From contig CAZLLB010000001.1 of NCBI GenBank assembly GCA_964560165.1, positions 1 to 39,825 on the forward strand: 39,825 nucleotides of DNA. The letters are read 5' to 3'. This DNA is from an uncultured Parvibaculum sp. (lineage in GTDB: Bacteria > Pseudomonadota > Alphaproteobacteria > Parvibaculales > Parvibaculaceae). Shown in pieces: positions 18,139-28,049 of this stretch; within the stretch, counting starts at the first letter, position 1; each line of letters starts with the position of its first letter. Under the pieces are notes generated by a model, which was not told where the DNA came from, made no database searches, and saw nothing but the letters and a program-made list of their open reading frames with translations. Made by a program: the position numbers and the translations under genes.

Positions 18139-18993
18139 ATGGCATCAGTCACAATCGGAGTCCCCGTCTATAACGGTGCCGCCACACTGCGCGAATGCCT
18201 TGAATGTCTGCGCAATCAGACGTTTCGGGACATCGAGATTTTGATTTCCGACAATGCCTCCAACGACAATAGCGCCGCCATAGCGCAGGAATTTGTCGAT
18301 TCAGATCCTCGTTTCAAGCTCATTCGCAGGCCTGAAAATATGGGCGCTCGTGGGAATTTCGACGGTCTTTTGGCGATGGCGACCGGCGATCTCTTTATGT
18401 GGCGTTCGGACGATGACTTGTCCGACGAGAATTTCGTCGAAGCCTTGAAAGCAAGTATTGAAAGCGGTCCCAGAGCGCGATTGGGGGTGCCCAAAGTCGT
18501 GTTCCTGAAGGAAGACGGGTCGGTTAAATCGGAACACGGCTATCCCGACGTCTCAGGCGCATCTCGCGCCACTCGCATCGGCCGGACATTGATGGGGATG
18601 AATCCAAGCTGGATATATGGGCTGTGGGACAGGCGGACGCTGATCGCGACGCTCGAACGCACAAGCGCGGCATATCCCTATTTATGGGCTTGGGACCCGC
18701 TGGCGCTCTTTCCCGTTGTTCTCGATGAAGGAGTGTCAGGCGCTGAACATACGCGACTTTTCAAGCGCGTGGTGCCTGCGAGATATAGTTCGCGTACGAC
18801 GGCGGCAAACATGATGACGATGCGGCGGGAGTTCAGAGCCGCTTGTTTGGAGGAATTTCGCCGGAGAAGCTGGACCTTTTCAGAGCGCGTTATTCTGTCG
18901 GTTTATATATTTCGATTTACGAATAAGAACGTCTACAGGTTCCTCAAGTTGATGCGCCGATACATGCGGGAAAAATTGGGAATCATCAAATGA
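18139..18993 (+). CDS. Glycosyltransferase family 2
   Basis: VTIGVPVYNG, ISDNASND, ENMGARGNF, WRSDDD (DxD motif). Confidence 0.9.
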   Translation: MASVTIGVPVYNGAATLRECLECLRNQTFRDIEILISDNASNDNSAAIAQEFVDSDPRFKLIRRPENMGARGNFDGLLAMATGDLFMWRSDDDLSDENFVEALKASIESGPRARLGVPKVVFLKEDGSVKSEHGYPDVSGASRATRIGRTLMGMNPSWIYGLWDRRTLIATLERTSAAYPYLWAWDPLALFPVVLDEGVSGAEHTRLFKRVVPARYSSRTTAANMMTMRREFRAACLEEFRRRSWTFSERVILSVYIFRFTNKNVYRFLKLMRRYMREKLGIIK

Positions 18994-19018
18994 GCGGATT
19001 CGGCAGTCGGGAAGCGAC

Positions 19019-19930
19019 ATGCGCATCCTGTTGACAGGCGCATCGGGTTTCGTCGGGCGTCAGGCGCTCGCTGCTTTGGCCGTTTCCACGCATGAGGTTC
19101 ATGCAGTCTCGCGCCAGCTTCCGCCGGATAGCAGCGGCGTCATCTGGCACAAGGCGGATCTTCTACATACAGATGCGCCATTGGAGATCGTCGAATCCGT
19201 GCGGCCGGATTGCGTTCTGCATCTTGCCTGGTGCGTCGAGCACGGCAAGTTCTGGACGGATCCAGCCAATATAGATTGGGCCGCCGCGACGCTGAAGCTC
19301 GCGCAAGCTTCGGCTGCCTCCGGTGTTCGCCGCTTTGTCGGCGCGGGCACCTGCTATGAATATGATTGGCCTGCCGATGGCGTGTGCAATGAATTGGACA
19401 CGCCGATCAGGGCGCACACGCTCTATGACGAAACGAAAGACGCTTGCCGCCACGCGCTCGCAACTTTGGCATCCGATGCGGGCATGAGCTTTTCTTGGGC
19501 CCGGCTTTTCTTCCTCTATGGCCCGTACGAAAACCCGGGTCGGCTCGTTTCCTCCGTCGCGCGTGCGCTTTTGCGCGGCGAAGAGGCGCGCTGTTCCGCA
19601 GGCCTTGCGATCCGGGATTTCATGGATGTGCGCGATGCGGGTGCCGCATTGGCGGCTCTTGCATCGTCCAATGTGGAAGGTCCGGTCAACATCGCCAGCG
19701 GAGCGCCGGTATCCGTAGCAGATCTCGTTCGGCGTCTGGCGCAGCTTGCCGAGCGGAGCGATCTTCTACGTCTCGGCGCGATTCCCGATAGAACAGGGGA
19801 GCCGCCCCGGATTGTGGCCGATATTACGCGCCTCAAAACTGAAGTCGGCTTCGTGCCTACCCATGACCTCGATTCAGGCCTGCGTAATGCGCTGTCTTTC
19901 TGGGCCAATATCGAAACGGATCGCACCTAG
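19019..19930 (+). CDS. NAD-dependent epimerase/dehydratase family, likely NDP-4-ketosugar reductase
   Basis: TGASGFVG, HLAW, GTCYEY, YDETK (YxxxK), WARLFFLYGP, RDFMDV. Confidence 0.85.
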   Translation: MRILLTGASGFVGRQALAALAVSTHEVHAVSRQLPPDSSGVIWHKADLLHTDAPLEIVESVRPDCVLHLAWCVEHGKFWTDPANIDWAAATLKLAQASAASGVRRFVGAGTCYEYDWPADGVCNELDTPIRAHTLYDETKDACRHALATLASDAGMSFSWARLFFLYGPYENPGRLVSSVARALLRGEEARCSAGLAIRDFMDVRDAGAALAALASSNVEGPVNIASGAPVSVADLVRRLAQLAERSDLLRLGAIPDRTGEPPRIVADITRLKTEVGFVPTHDLDSGLRNALSFWANIETDRT

Positions 19931-21765
19931 TTCCGCAACGCGCCCTTCAGCAGGGTCGCGTAAAAGCGCAGGCTTACTCCCCGGGGGGTGTCGAGCCCCA
20001 TGCGCGCAATGCAAGCGCGATCCTGTTCGGATGCAGACCCAAGGCCACGCACGAAAAGCGCGGCAAGTTTCAGTGGTGTGCTGGATGCGGCTTTCAGCTT
20101 CTGCAACGCGGGCATCAGGCGCTGTTCGATCGCTGTGAGATCGGTACCGAAGGGGAAGGGGGGAATGAGCCCTGCACCCGCCAGCGGTTGCATCGCTTGC
20201 GCAACATGCGCGGGCGTATTCCTGCGGAAGGCAGCGGGAATTTCATAGTTCGTCTCGATCTTGCCGCTCTTCTTTGCCTGCGCCAGAAGCTCATCCTGAA
20301 AACGAGCATCCGTCACGGCGAGCAGCGCGACGATCGTATCCCGGTCGGTCTGTCCGCGCAGATCGGCGATGCCATATTCAGTGACGATAATGTCGCGCAA
20401 GTGGCGCGGGATGGTCGTGTGGCCATAGGTCCAGCGGATATTCGATAATAGCTTGCCGTCGCTTTCGCGCGTTGAGCGCAGCGTGATGATCGAATGGGCA
20501 TCATCGAGAGCAAAGGCCTGCGAGACAAAATTATATTGACCGCCGACGCCACTGACGACACGCCCATCTTCCAGCGCGTCCGAAATAACTGCGCCCAGCA
20601 GCGTCACCATCATGGCGCTGTTGACGAAACGTGCGCCGACCCGCGCCTGCCGCTTTTTATCCTCATCGCCATAAAGTTCGTTGATGAACGAAATGGCGGA
20701 CATGCGAATTTTGGCGAGTTGCTCGGCAGGCATATCGCGCAAGGCTTGATAAAAAGCACGGGGGCCAAGGAAGAACCCCGCATGGAGAACGATCCCATCG
20801 ACCTCGCGCTTGAGAATTCCGGCCTTCATGAGGTCGATGAATATATCGACGAACATTTCGCTCGCGCCGTAAAGCCCACGCTCAAAAACGCTGTCGTCGA
20901 GCGGTGTCGTTCTCCGTTGCCCGAGTCGCGATAGCGCGGCCTTATAAGCGGCATTCTCTTTGTGGCGGAGAATAAGCCCCTGCGCCACGGCATCACCCAT
21001 TGAGCCGATACCGATTTGCAGTGTTCCGCCATCGGGCACGAGCCCCGCCACATAGAGCCCAATCGCATAATCCGAAATGCCGATGGGTTCCTTCGGAGGA
21101 GCAAAAAGCTGAAAGCTGTGGCCGTCGAGAATGTGTGTAAAGGCCGTAGAGGGCACGTCCGCTTCGCCCGGCATGACCGGCAACTCGTCATTCACTTCGC
21201 CGACGAAAATGAAATCCGCCTTGCCTTCAGCGCGTGCCTTCAAAAGATCGAGCGTGATGTCCGTATTGCAACTCAGATTGAAGCAATCGTCAGCGATGCC
21301 GCGCCCCGCCACCAGTTGCGCCACAACATTGACGCGCCGGTCGAGAATGTAGCGCAGCGCATGAGTATAATTCGCCGATATGTAGCTCTGCTGCGCGAGC
21401 GGCGAGCCGAGCCAGCGCCCGGCAAGAAAGAAGAATTCGTTGACTTCAATATTCGCCGGAAGCCGCTTCTCACGCAGCGCTCTCACATAGGCGAGTTCGG
21501 GATAATCGCCGAAAAGTCGCTCAACGACCGGCCCCATGAACCGCCGCTCGAGATCGCTTGAGGGTCGCGGCTTTTCAAGCGTCAACGCCGTGAAGATCGT
21601 CAGATCAATTGATGGGTCAGCCGCCGCGCGCTCGTAAAGCGCATTGGCGATGTGGTTGGCTTTGCCGAGCCCGAGCGGCAGCGCCAGAACGATTTTCTTT
21701 CCCACCTCGCGGATGATCGCCTCGGCAATATCATCCGCATTGTCATGTCTGTGGAGCGCCGTCAT
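19927..21765 (-). CDS. Acetyl-CoA hydrolase/transferase family protein
   Basis: LPLGLGK, DGGTLQIGIG, SEMF, VVSGVGGQYNF, TIPRHLRDIIVTEYGIADLRG. Confidence 0.88.
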   Translation of the reverse strand: MTALHRHDNADDIAEAIIREVGKKIVLALPLGLGKANHIANALYERAAADPSIDLTIFTALTLEKPRPSSDLERRFMGPVVERLFGDYPELAYVRALREKRLPANIEVNEFFFLAGRWLGSPLAQQSYISANYTHALRYILDRRVNVVAQLVAGRGIADDCFNLSCNTDITLDLLKARAEGKADFIFVGEVNDELPVMPGEADVPSTAFTHILDGHSFQLFAPPKEPIGISDYAIGLYVAGLVPDGGTLQIGIGSMGDAVAQGLILRHKENAAYKAALSRLGQRRTTPLDDSVFERGLYGASEMFVDIFIDLMKAGILKREVDGIVLHAGFFLGPRAFYQALRDMPAEQLAKIRMSAISFINELYGDEDKKRQARVGARFVNSAMMVTLLGAVISDALEDGRVVSGVGGQYNFVSQAFALDDAHSIITLRSTRESDGKLLSNIRWTYGHTTIPRHLRDIIVTEYGIADLRGQTDRDTIVALLAVTDARFQDELLAQAKKSGKIETNYEIPAAFRRNTPAHVAQAMQPLAGAGLIPPFPFGTDLTAIEQRLMPALQKLKAASSTPLKLAALFVRGLGSASEQDRACIARMGLDTPRGVSLRFYATLLKGALRN

Positions 21766-21801
21766 GACAGGGCGGTGCAGCGCGTGAGGCGGGCGAGCGT
21801 C

Positions 21802-24072
21802 TCAGCGGATGCTTCGGCGCTGTGTTTGGTCGGTATCAGAAACGTCTGGCTTTTTTTCGTCATTGAACTCTGGCGACAAGTCTTCGGGAGCAAAATCATC
21901 AACCTCGATAACCTTCGCCACAGCGGCGTCGGTGGCGGCAAGCTGTCTTGCCTCATCGGCGTTGATAATGCCCTTCTTTTGCGCTTCCTGCGAGTCGTGG
22001 ATGCCTGCCTTGTGCATCCGCTCGGAAATCGTCTGCGTTTCGGCTACGAGCGCGAAGGCGGTTTCGAGACGCGAGAGGCCTTCGCTGCCCGAACCGTGAA
22101 AAATGCCACTGGTGAGGCGGTCCCGCGCGTTTGTCGCGGTCAGCAGAACATCGGCGCAGGCCTGCGTGATGCTGTCCGCTGGTCCGCCATGGCGTCGCCC
22201 GAAGGGAAGGGTGAAGAGACGCAGAAGCCACGCCGCCGGGCGGTTCGGCAGATTGGCGAGGATTTCATCCTGTTTTTGTTCGATGGTGGCGAAACCCGTT
22301 TCCATGCACCATTCGACGATGACCCGGTCGCTTGCCTGCCGTCCTTCATCCTCCCAGCGCTTCAGTACGGCGGAGAGCAGATAGAGTTCAGAAAAAATAT
22401 CACCAAGCCGCGCCGAGAGCATTTCCCTTCGCTTCAGGCTTCCACCGAGCGTCAGCAAGGCCATGTCGGATGTCAGTGCAAAGCCCGCGCAATACCGACC
22501 GAGGCGACCGTAGAAGCGTTGCGTCTCTCCGGCGTTCGGCGTGGGTGCGTAGCGGCCATTGGTGAGCGCCCGGCCAAAGGCGCTGAAAGCTGTCTTCAGC
22601 CCGTGCCCTACATGCTGCCAGAAAAGCTGGTCAAACTGATCGAGGCCGCGAGCGCGATCCTCGTCGCCCAGCGCCATCATTTCCTTCAGCAAATAAGGAT
22701 GGCTGCGAATGGCTCCCTGGCCGAAGACGATGAGGCTGCGCGTCAGAATATTGGCGCCTTCCACCGTGATCGCCACAGGCAGCGAGCGATAAAGGCTGCC
22801 CAGATAGTTGAGCGGCCCGTCGATCACGGCTTTGCCCGCGTGGATATCCATCGCGTCATTGACGACGACGCGCATGCGCTCGGTCGCCTGACTTTTCATG
22901 ATGGCTGAAATGACGGAAGGCTTATGGCCTTGGTCGAGCCCGGCACATGTCAGTCGCCGCGTGCCGTCAAGCATATAGGCCGTGCCCGCGATCCGCGCCA
23001 GCCGCTCTTGAATACCCTCGAACTTGCCGATGGAAATGCCGAACTGGCTGCGCACCCGCGCATAGGCACCACTCGTATATGCGCAGAACGCTGCGCCTGC
23101 CGCTGACATCGAGGGCAGCGAAATGCCGCGCCCGGCGGCCAGCGCACTCATCAGCATTTGCCAGCCCTGGCCCGCCCGCTCCGCGCCACCGATAATGGCG
23201 TCGAGCGGCACGAAAACGTCTCTACCGCTATTGGGGCCGTTCTGAAAAACCTGCATGGCCGGCAGATGGCGGCGACCGATGGTGACGCCGGGGGTGTCGG
23301 TGGGAATGAGCGCCACCGTGATGCCGAGGTCTTCTTTATCGCCGAGTAACCGATCGGGGTCATGCAGCTTGAAGGCAAGCCCGAGCACCGTCGCCACTGG
23401 CCCCAGCGTGATGTAACGCTTGTGCCAGGTGAGGCGAATGCCGAGCATATCTTTTCCGTCATAGCGCCCGTGGCAAACGACGCCGATGTCGATCATTGAA
23501 GCAGCATCCGATCCCGCTTCCGGGCTGGTCAATCCAAAGCAAGGAATTTCGCGCCCATCCGCAAGCCGGGGCAGCCAATATTTGCGCTGCTCTTCGGTAC
23601 CAAATTGCATCAGCAACTCGCCCGGTCCCAGCGAGTTCGGCACCATGGCCGTTACCGCGCCTGCAATTGAGCGCGTCGAAATCTTGCGCACCACCTCGGA
23701 ATGAGCGAAGGCCGAAAATCCAAGCCCGCCATATTCCTTCGGAATAATCATTCCAAAGAATTTTTTTGACTTCAGAAAATCCCACGCCTCGGGCGGCAGG
23801 TCGCGCAACTCCCAATTGATCTTCCAGTCGTCGAGCATCGCGCAAAGCTCGTCCACTGGGCCATCAAGGAAGGCTTGCTCTTCAGCGTTCAGACAGGCCG
23901 GTTTCGTATCCAGAAGCTTTTGCCAATCAGGATCGCCGGTGAACAGATCGGCATCCCACCACACATCGCCAGCCTCGATGGCCTCGCGCTCCGTCGCAGA
24001 CATTGTCGGCAGGACGCCGCGGGCCCAGTGAAAAATTGGGCGGGACAAGAAAGATTTTCGGAATTGGGACAT
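21802..24072 (-). CDS. fadE: Acyl-CoA dehydrogenase, long FadE type
   Basis: MSATEREAIEAG, MVPNSLGPGELL, PCFGLTSPEAGSDA, KRYITL, GRGISLP, ITVEGANILTR and the FadE C-terminal extension (IEVDDF). Confidence 0.92.
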   Translation of the reverse strand: MSQFRKSFLSRPIFHWARGVLPTMSATEREAIEAGDVWWDADLFTGDPDWQKLLDTKPACLNAEEQAFLDGPVDELCAMLDDWKINWELRDLPPEAWDFLKSKKFFGMIIPKEYGGLGFSAFAHSEVVRKISTRSIAGAVTAMVPNSLGPGELLMQFGTEEQRKYWLPRLADGREIPCFGLTSPEAGSDAASMIDIGVVCHGRYDGKDMLGIRLTWHKRYITLGPVATVLGLAFKLHDPDRLLGDKEDLGITVALIPTDTPGVTIGRRHLPAMQVFQNGPNSGRDVFVPLDAIIGGAERAGQGWQMLMSALAAGRGISLPSMSAAGAAFCAYTSGAYARVRSQFGISIGKFEGIQERLARIAGTAYMLDGTRRLTCAGLDQGHKPSVISAIMKSQATERMRVVVNDAMDIHAGKAVIDGPLNYLGSLYRSLPVAITVEGANILTRSLIVFGQGAIRSHPYLLKEMMALGDEDRARGLDQFDQLFWQHVGHGLKTAFSAFGRALTNGRYAPTPNAGETQRFYGRLGRYCAGFALTSDMALLTLGGSLKRREMLSARLGDIFSELYLLSAVLKRWEDEGRQASDRVIVEWCMETGFATIEQKQDEILANLPNRPAAWLLRLFTLPFGRRHGGPADSITQACADVLLTATNARDRLTSGIFHGSGSEGLSRLETAFALVAETQTISERMHKAGIHDSQEAQKKGIINADEARQLAATDAAVAKVIEVDDFAPEDLSPEFNDEKKPDVSDTDQTQRRSIR

Positions 24073-24151
24073 GCTGAAGCCGCTCCTTTATCTATCTCTC
24101 ATAACGCATGAGATGCAGGGTGGTTTCGTGTCGTTTGTCGATTTTTCCGGA

Positions 24152-24913
24152 TTATGAGCCGCTGAACCAGTTGTACCCCTGATCTTCCCAATATCCTCCC
24201 GGATAGTCGTTGGTGACGAATATCTCGACAATATGTTTTGGATTCTTGAACCCAAGTTTTGTTGGTACGCGGAGCTTCATTGGATATCCGTATTTGACCG
24301 GCAAAACCTCGTCGCGATAATCGAGGGCGAGCAGAGTTTGCGGATGCAGCGCCGTCGCCATGTCGATGCTCGAATAATATCCGTCAGCGCATTTGAATCC
24401 GACATATTTTGCGGTCGTATCTGCGCCCACTCGTTCAAGAAATACCTTGAACGGCACGCCGCCCCATTTCCCGATCGCGCTCCATCCCTCGATGCAAATA
24501 TGCTGAGTGACCTGCGTTTCATGCGGCAGTGTGCGCAACGCTTCAACAGTCCAGGGCTTCTTGTCTGCAATCAGGCCCGCAAGTCGCAGCTTGTAATTAG
24601 CGCCGTTGATGACCGGCGCACGGCTCTCAGGATAAAAGGCGTTGAATGGAAAAGGATCGGTGATCGCGCTTTCGGGATGGGTCCGGGCGAGGCGGCGGGG
24701 GTTGAAGATCGCTGCCTGCACTCGATCATTCCATCTCGACATGGCGAAGAGAACACGATCGACCGCATCGCCATCGGTGAGATTGCAGCCCGAGAGCATG
24801 GTCAGCGCCCCGAGCGAAAGCCCCTGACGTAGAAACATGCGCCGCTCGATACGCTTTACCTGCGGCCCCAGTTCGTTCAGCCGAACAGTCTTGGGACGAG
24901 AAGGCGACTTCAT
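24152..24913 (-). CDS. Molybdopterin-dependent oxidoreductase (sulfite oxidase/MsrP-like fold), Tat-exported
   Basis: ERRMFLR twin-arginine motif followed by LSGC, Mo-ligand HICIEGWS, YGYPMKLRVPTKLGFKNPK, GGYWEDQGY. Confidence 0.88.
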   Translation of the reverse strand: MKSPSRPKTVRLNELGPQVKRIERRMFLRQGLSLGALTMLSGCNLTDGDAVDRVLFAMSRWNDRVQAAIFNPRRLARTHPESAITDPFPFNAFYPESRAPVINGANYKLRLAGLIADKKPWTVEALRTLPHETQVTQHICIEGWSAIGKWGGVPFKVFLERVGADTTAKYVGFKCADGYYSSIDMATALHPQTLLALDYRDEVLPVKYGYPMKLRVPTKLGFKNPKHIVEIFVTNDYPGGYWEDQGYNWFSGS

Positions 24914-25554
24914 CGAGATGTTTCCTCGTCATGGGCCACCGCCGCGCGACCGGTTATCATCGGCCAGAGCGTCGTGGGCACCAGCGCGACAAGCGCCAGA
25001 TGAACGAGGAGAAACAGCACAATCCCCGCCATCGCCGAAAAATGCACGATACGCGCAATGTCGTAGCCACCAAACAGGGCGGTGAGGAGTTGAAATTGCA
25101 CTGGTTTCCAGATCGCCAATCCGCTGGCAACCACGAGAAAGCCAAGCAGAACGACGCCGATATAGGAGAGCTTCTGCACGGCATTATAGCGACCGGGAGA
25201 ATGGGCAAGCCGCAACTCCAGCGCCGCTTGCGCGTCCTCGCTGATCATGCGGGGCGACAGCGGAAAAAAGCGTCGCCGCAAATGGCCCGAAGCAATGCCA
25301 TAGGCGAGATAGGCCAGACCGTTGGCCACCAGCAGCCACATGGCGGTAAAGTGCCATGCCAGCGCCCCGGCCAGCCAGCCGCCTAGCGTCAGCGAATTGG
25401 GAAAGGTGAAGCCGAAGAGCGGCGAGGCATTGTAGATCCGCCAGCCACTTGCGATCATGCAGATCATGGCAAAGGCGTTGATCCAATGCGTGACACGCAC
25501 CACCAGCGGATGGATGAGGCGTCGGGCTTCGCCTGTGCCGGACATATCGGTCAT
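24910..25554 (-). CDS. Cytochrome b/b6-domain membrane protein (partner of the molybdoenzyme)
   Basis: VRVTHWIN, AWHF, YNAVQK, RIVHF and LVH heme histidines in about four TM helices; overlaps the start of the molybdoenzyme gene. Confidence 0.85.
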   Translation of the reverse strand: MTDMSGTGEARRLIHPLVVRVTHWINAFAMICMIASGWRIYNASPLFGFTFPNSLTLGGWLAGALAWHFTAMWLLVANGLAYLAYGIASGHLRRRFFPLSPRMISEDAQAALELRLAHSPGRYNAVQKLSYIGVVLLGFLVVASGLAIWKPVQFQLLTALFGGYDIARIVHFSAMAGIVLFLLVHLALVALVPTTLWPMITGRAAVAHDEETSR

Positions 25555-25702
25555 GCCGCAGCTTAACCCACGCGACCCGCTATCGGCAGAGTTTTCAGAC
25601 GACCACACGCAGACGTGAATCGGCGTGATCGTCCGCTGTTGTGGTTATAATATGAGCGCGTAATAGAACAGAGCGCTCAACAAGCCCACCGGAAGGCCAA
25701 TC

Positions 25703-26593
25703 ATGACCGAACTGACCGTCGCGGCCACCCAGATGGCATGTGGAACCGACCGCGAGGAAAACATCGCGAAAGCCGAGCAGCTTGTTGAGCGCGCGGCAGA
25801 GCAGGGTGCGCGGTTCATTCTGCTTCAGGAGCTATTTGAAACGCCCTATTTCTGCAAGGACACCGCGCCCGATCTCATGCACCTGGCGCTTCCTGTCGCC
25901 GAAAATCCAGCCGTCCGGCACATGCAGGCGCTGGCCCGCCGTCTCGCTGTCGTCTTGCCGATCTCGATCTATGAGCGCGCCAACAACGCGCTCTTCAATA
26001 CGCTGGTGATGATCGACGCCGATGGTGAAATCCTCGGCCTCTATCGCAAGTCGCACATCCCGGACGGGCCCGGCTATGGGGAGAAATATTATTTTTCCCC
26101 CGGCGACACCGGCTTTCAGGTTTGGAACACCAAGGTTGGCAAGGTCGGTGCCGCCATCTGCTGGGATCAATGGTTTCCAGAGGCCGCGCGCATCCTCGCG
26201 CTGAAGGGCGCGGACATCATCTGTTACCCGACCGCCATCGGCTCCGAACCGCATGACGCCTCAATCCACTCACGCGACCACTGGCAGCGCACCATGCAAG
26301 GCCATGCTGCCGCGAACCTGACGCCGGTGATCGCGTCGAACCGCATCGGCCGCGAGATGGGCCGCACCAGCGAACTCACCTTCTACGGCTCATCCTTCAT
26401 CGCTGATAATACCGGCCAGAAGGTTGCCGAGGCGGGCGAGACGGATGAGGCTGTTTTGATCGCCACTTTTGATCTCGAGCGCAACCGGCAGGCCCGCCTC
26501 GAATGGGGTGTATTCCGCGACCGCCGCGTCGATCTCTATGGCGATTTGCTGACCCTGGACGGCGAGCGGCGCAGCCCCTACGGCAAGCCGTGA
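25703..26593 (+). CDS. aguB: N-carbamoylputrescine amidase (CN hydrolase)
   Basis: LQELFETPYFC, YRKSHIPDGPGY, ICWDQWFPE (E-K-C triad), YPTAIGSEP, MQGHAAAN. Confidence 0.9.
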   Translation: MTELTVAATQMACGTDREENIAKAEQLVERAAEQGARFILLQELFETPYFCKDTAPDLMHLALPVAENPAVRHMQALARRLAVVLPISIYERANNALFNTLVMIDADGEILGLYRKSHIPDGPGYGEKYYFSPGDTGFQVWNTKVGKVGAAICWDQWFPEAARILALKGADIICYPTAIGSEPHDASIHSRDHWQRTMQGHAAANLTPVIASNRIGREMGRTSELTFYGSSFIADNTGQKVAEAGETDEAVLIATFDLERNRQARLEWGVFRDRRVDLYGDLLTLDGERRSPYGKP

Positions 26594-26620
26594 AACCTTC
26601 CGCGCACGGCCCCGCCGATC

Positions 26621-26629
26621 TGCTATAAA
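26621..26629 (+). promoter_or_regulatory. Putative extended -10 promoter element
   Basis: TG-C-TATAAA about 40 nt upstream of ATG 26669. Confidence 0.35.
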
Positions 26630-26668
26630 ACCTGCAACAGTCATTTCGATGCAGGCCGGGATCAGCTC

Positions 26669-27865
26669 ATGGACTTTTCATTCACGCGCGCCGATGAAGA
26701 ATTTCGGATGCAGGTCCGCCATTTCTTCGAGACCGAATATCCCCAGGACCTGATCGAGAAAATGGCGCACGGTCATTCTCCGTCCAAGGCCGATTATCAG
26801 CGTTCGGAACGTGCGCTCGACAGCAAGGGCTGGGTCGCCGTGAACTGGCCAAAGGAGGCGGGCGGCACCGGCTGGACATCGAATCAGAAATATATATTCG
26901 ACGAAGAGCTCGAACGCGCAGGCGCTCTCAACGTCGTGCCGATGGGCCTGCTCTATGTCGGTCCCGTCATCTACACATTCGGCACCGAGGCGCAGAAGGC
27001 GCAATGGCTGCCCGGCATCCTCAACAGCACCACTTTCTGGGCGCAGGGCTATTCCGAGCCTGAATCCGGCTCGGACCTCGCCTCGCTCCAATCGCGCGCC
27101 GTGCCCGATGGGTCTGACTACATCGTCAACGGCACGAAAATCTGGACGAGCCTCGCCCAGCATGCTGACTGGATTTTCTGCCTGTTGCGCACCGACAATT
27201 CCGGCAAGAAGCAGGAGGGCATCACCTTCCTTTGCATCGACATGAAGACGCCCGGCATCACCGTTCGTCCCATCATCACCATCGACGGCAAACACGCGCT
27301 CAACGCCGTCGATTTCGTCGATGTCCGCGCGCCGCAAGCAAACCGCATCGGCGAAGAAGGCAAGGGCTGGACCTATGCCAACTACTTGCTCGGTCACGAG
27401 CGCACCTCCTATGCGCATGTGGCAGGCAAGCGCAACCAACTCCGCGACATTCGCGCGACGGCGGCAAAAACCGCGACGAATGGCGCTACGCTTCTTCTCG
27501 ATCCGGGTTTCGCCCGCAAGCTCTCGGAGCTTGAAGCTCGCCTCGATGCGCTGGAACTCACCGTGCTGCGTGTCCTTGCTTCGGTGGCCGATGGCGGCGC
27601 GCCGGGCGAGGAATCCTCGATCCTGAAAGTCATCGCCACCGAACTGGCGCAGGACATTACCGAGCTTGGCGTCGAGGCCTTCGGCCCCTATGCGCAGCCG
27701 ACTTTCCCGGATTCGGTCGTGCCTGAAGGTTCGGACAATTTCGCCATTCCAGCCGCCGCCGCTCCCTCGGTCGCGCGCTATCTCGGGGCGCGAGCGCAGT
27801 CGATCTATGGCGGCTCCAATGAGATCCAGAAGAACATCATCGCCAAGCGCATATTGGGGCTCTGA
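26669..27865 (+). CDS. Acyl-CoA dehydrogenase (pimeloyl-CoA dehydrogenase large subunit-like)
   Basis: WAQGYSEPESGSDLASL, NGTKIWTS, KKQEGITF, LLGHER, SIYGGSNEIQKNII. Confidence 0.9.
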   Translation: MDFSFTRADEEFRMQVRHFFETEYPQDLIEKMAHGHSPSKADYQRSERALDSKGWVAVNWPKEAGGTGWTSNQKYIFDEELERAGALNVVPMGLLYVGPVIYTFGTEAQKAQWLPGILNSTTFWAQGYSEPESGSDLASLQSRAVPDGSDYIVNGTKIWTSLAQHADWIFCLLRTDNSGKKQEGITFLCIDMKTPGITVRPIITIDGKHALNAVDFVDVRAPQANRIGEEGKGWTYANYLLGHERTSYAHVAGKRNQLRDIRATAAKTATNGATLLLDPGFARKLSELEARLDALELTVLRVLASVADGGAPGEESSILKVIATELAQDITELGVEAFGPYAQPTFPDSVVPEGSDNFAIPAAAAPSVARYLGARAQSIYGGSNEIQKNIIAKRILGL

Positions 27866-28049
27866 CCCCCGGCGATGCGATTTAACGTCGCAAAGGGCTC
27901 CAAAAGCCTCAAAATGCGACGAAAACGGCAAGTTTTTGAAGATCGCGCGTGACTAGTGGCGCGCGCCGCGCTATTGCCCGCTCTCCCGGCGGGAGCGTGC
28001 TCACAGAGCCCCCTTTGCAGCGGGCATCCTCAAGACGCAAGGCACATCC

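Noticed and set aside
27886-27921. CGTCGCA...TGCGACG inverted repeat after the acyl-CoA dehydrogenase
   Set aside because: Large imperfect loop and no U-tract on the + strand; cannot be called a terminator or operator with confidence.
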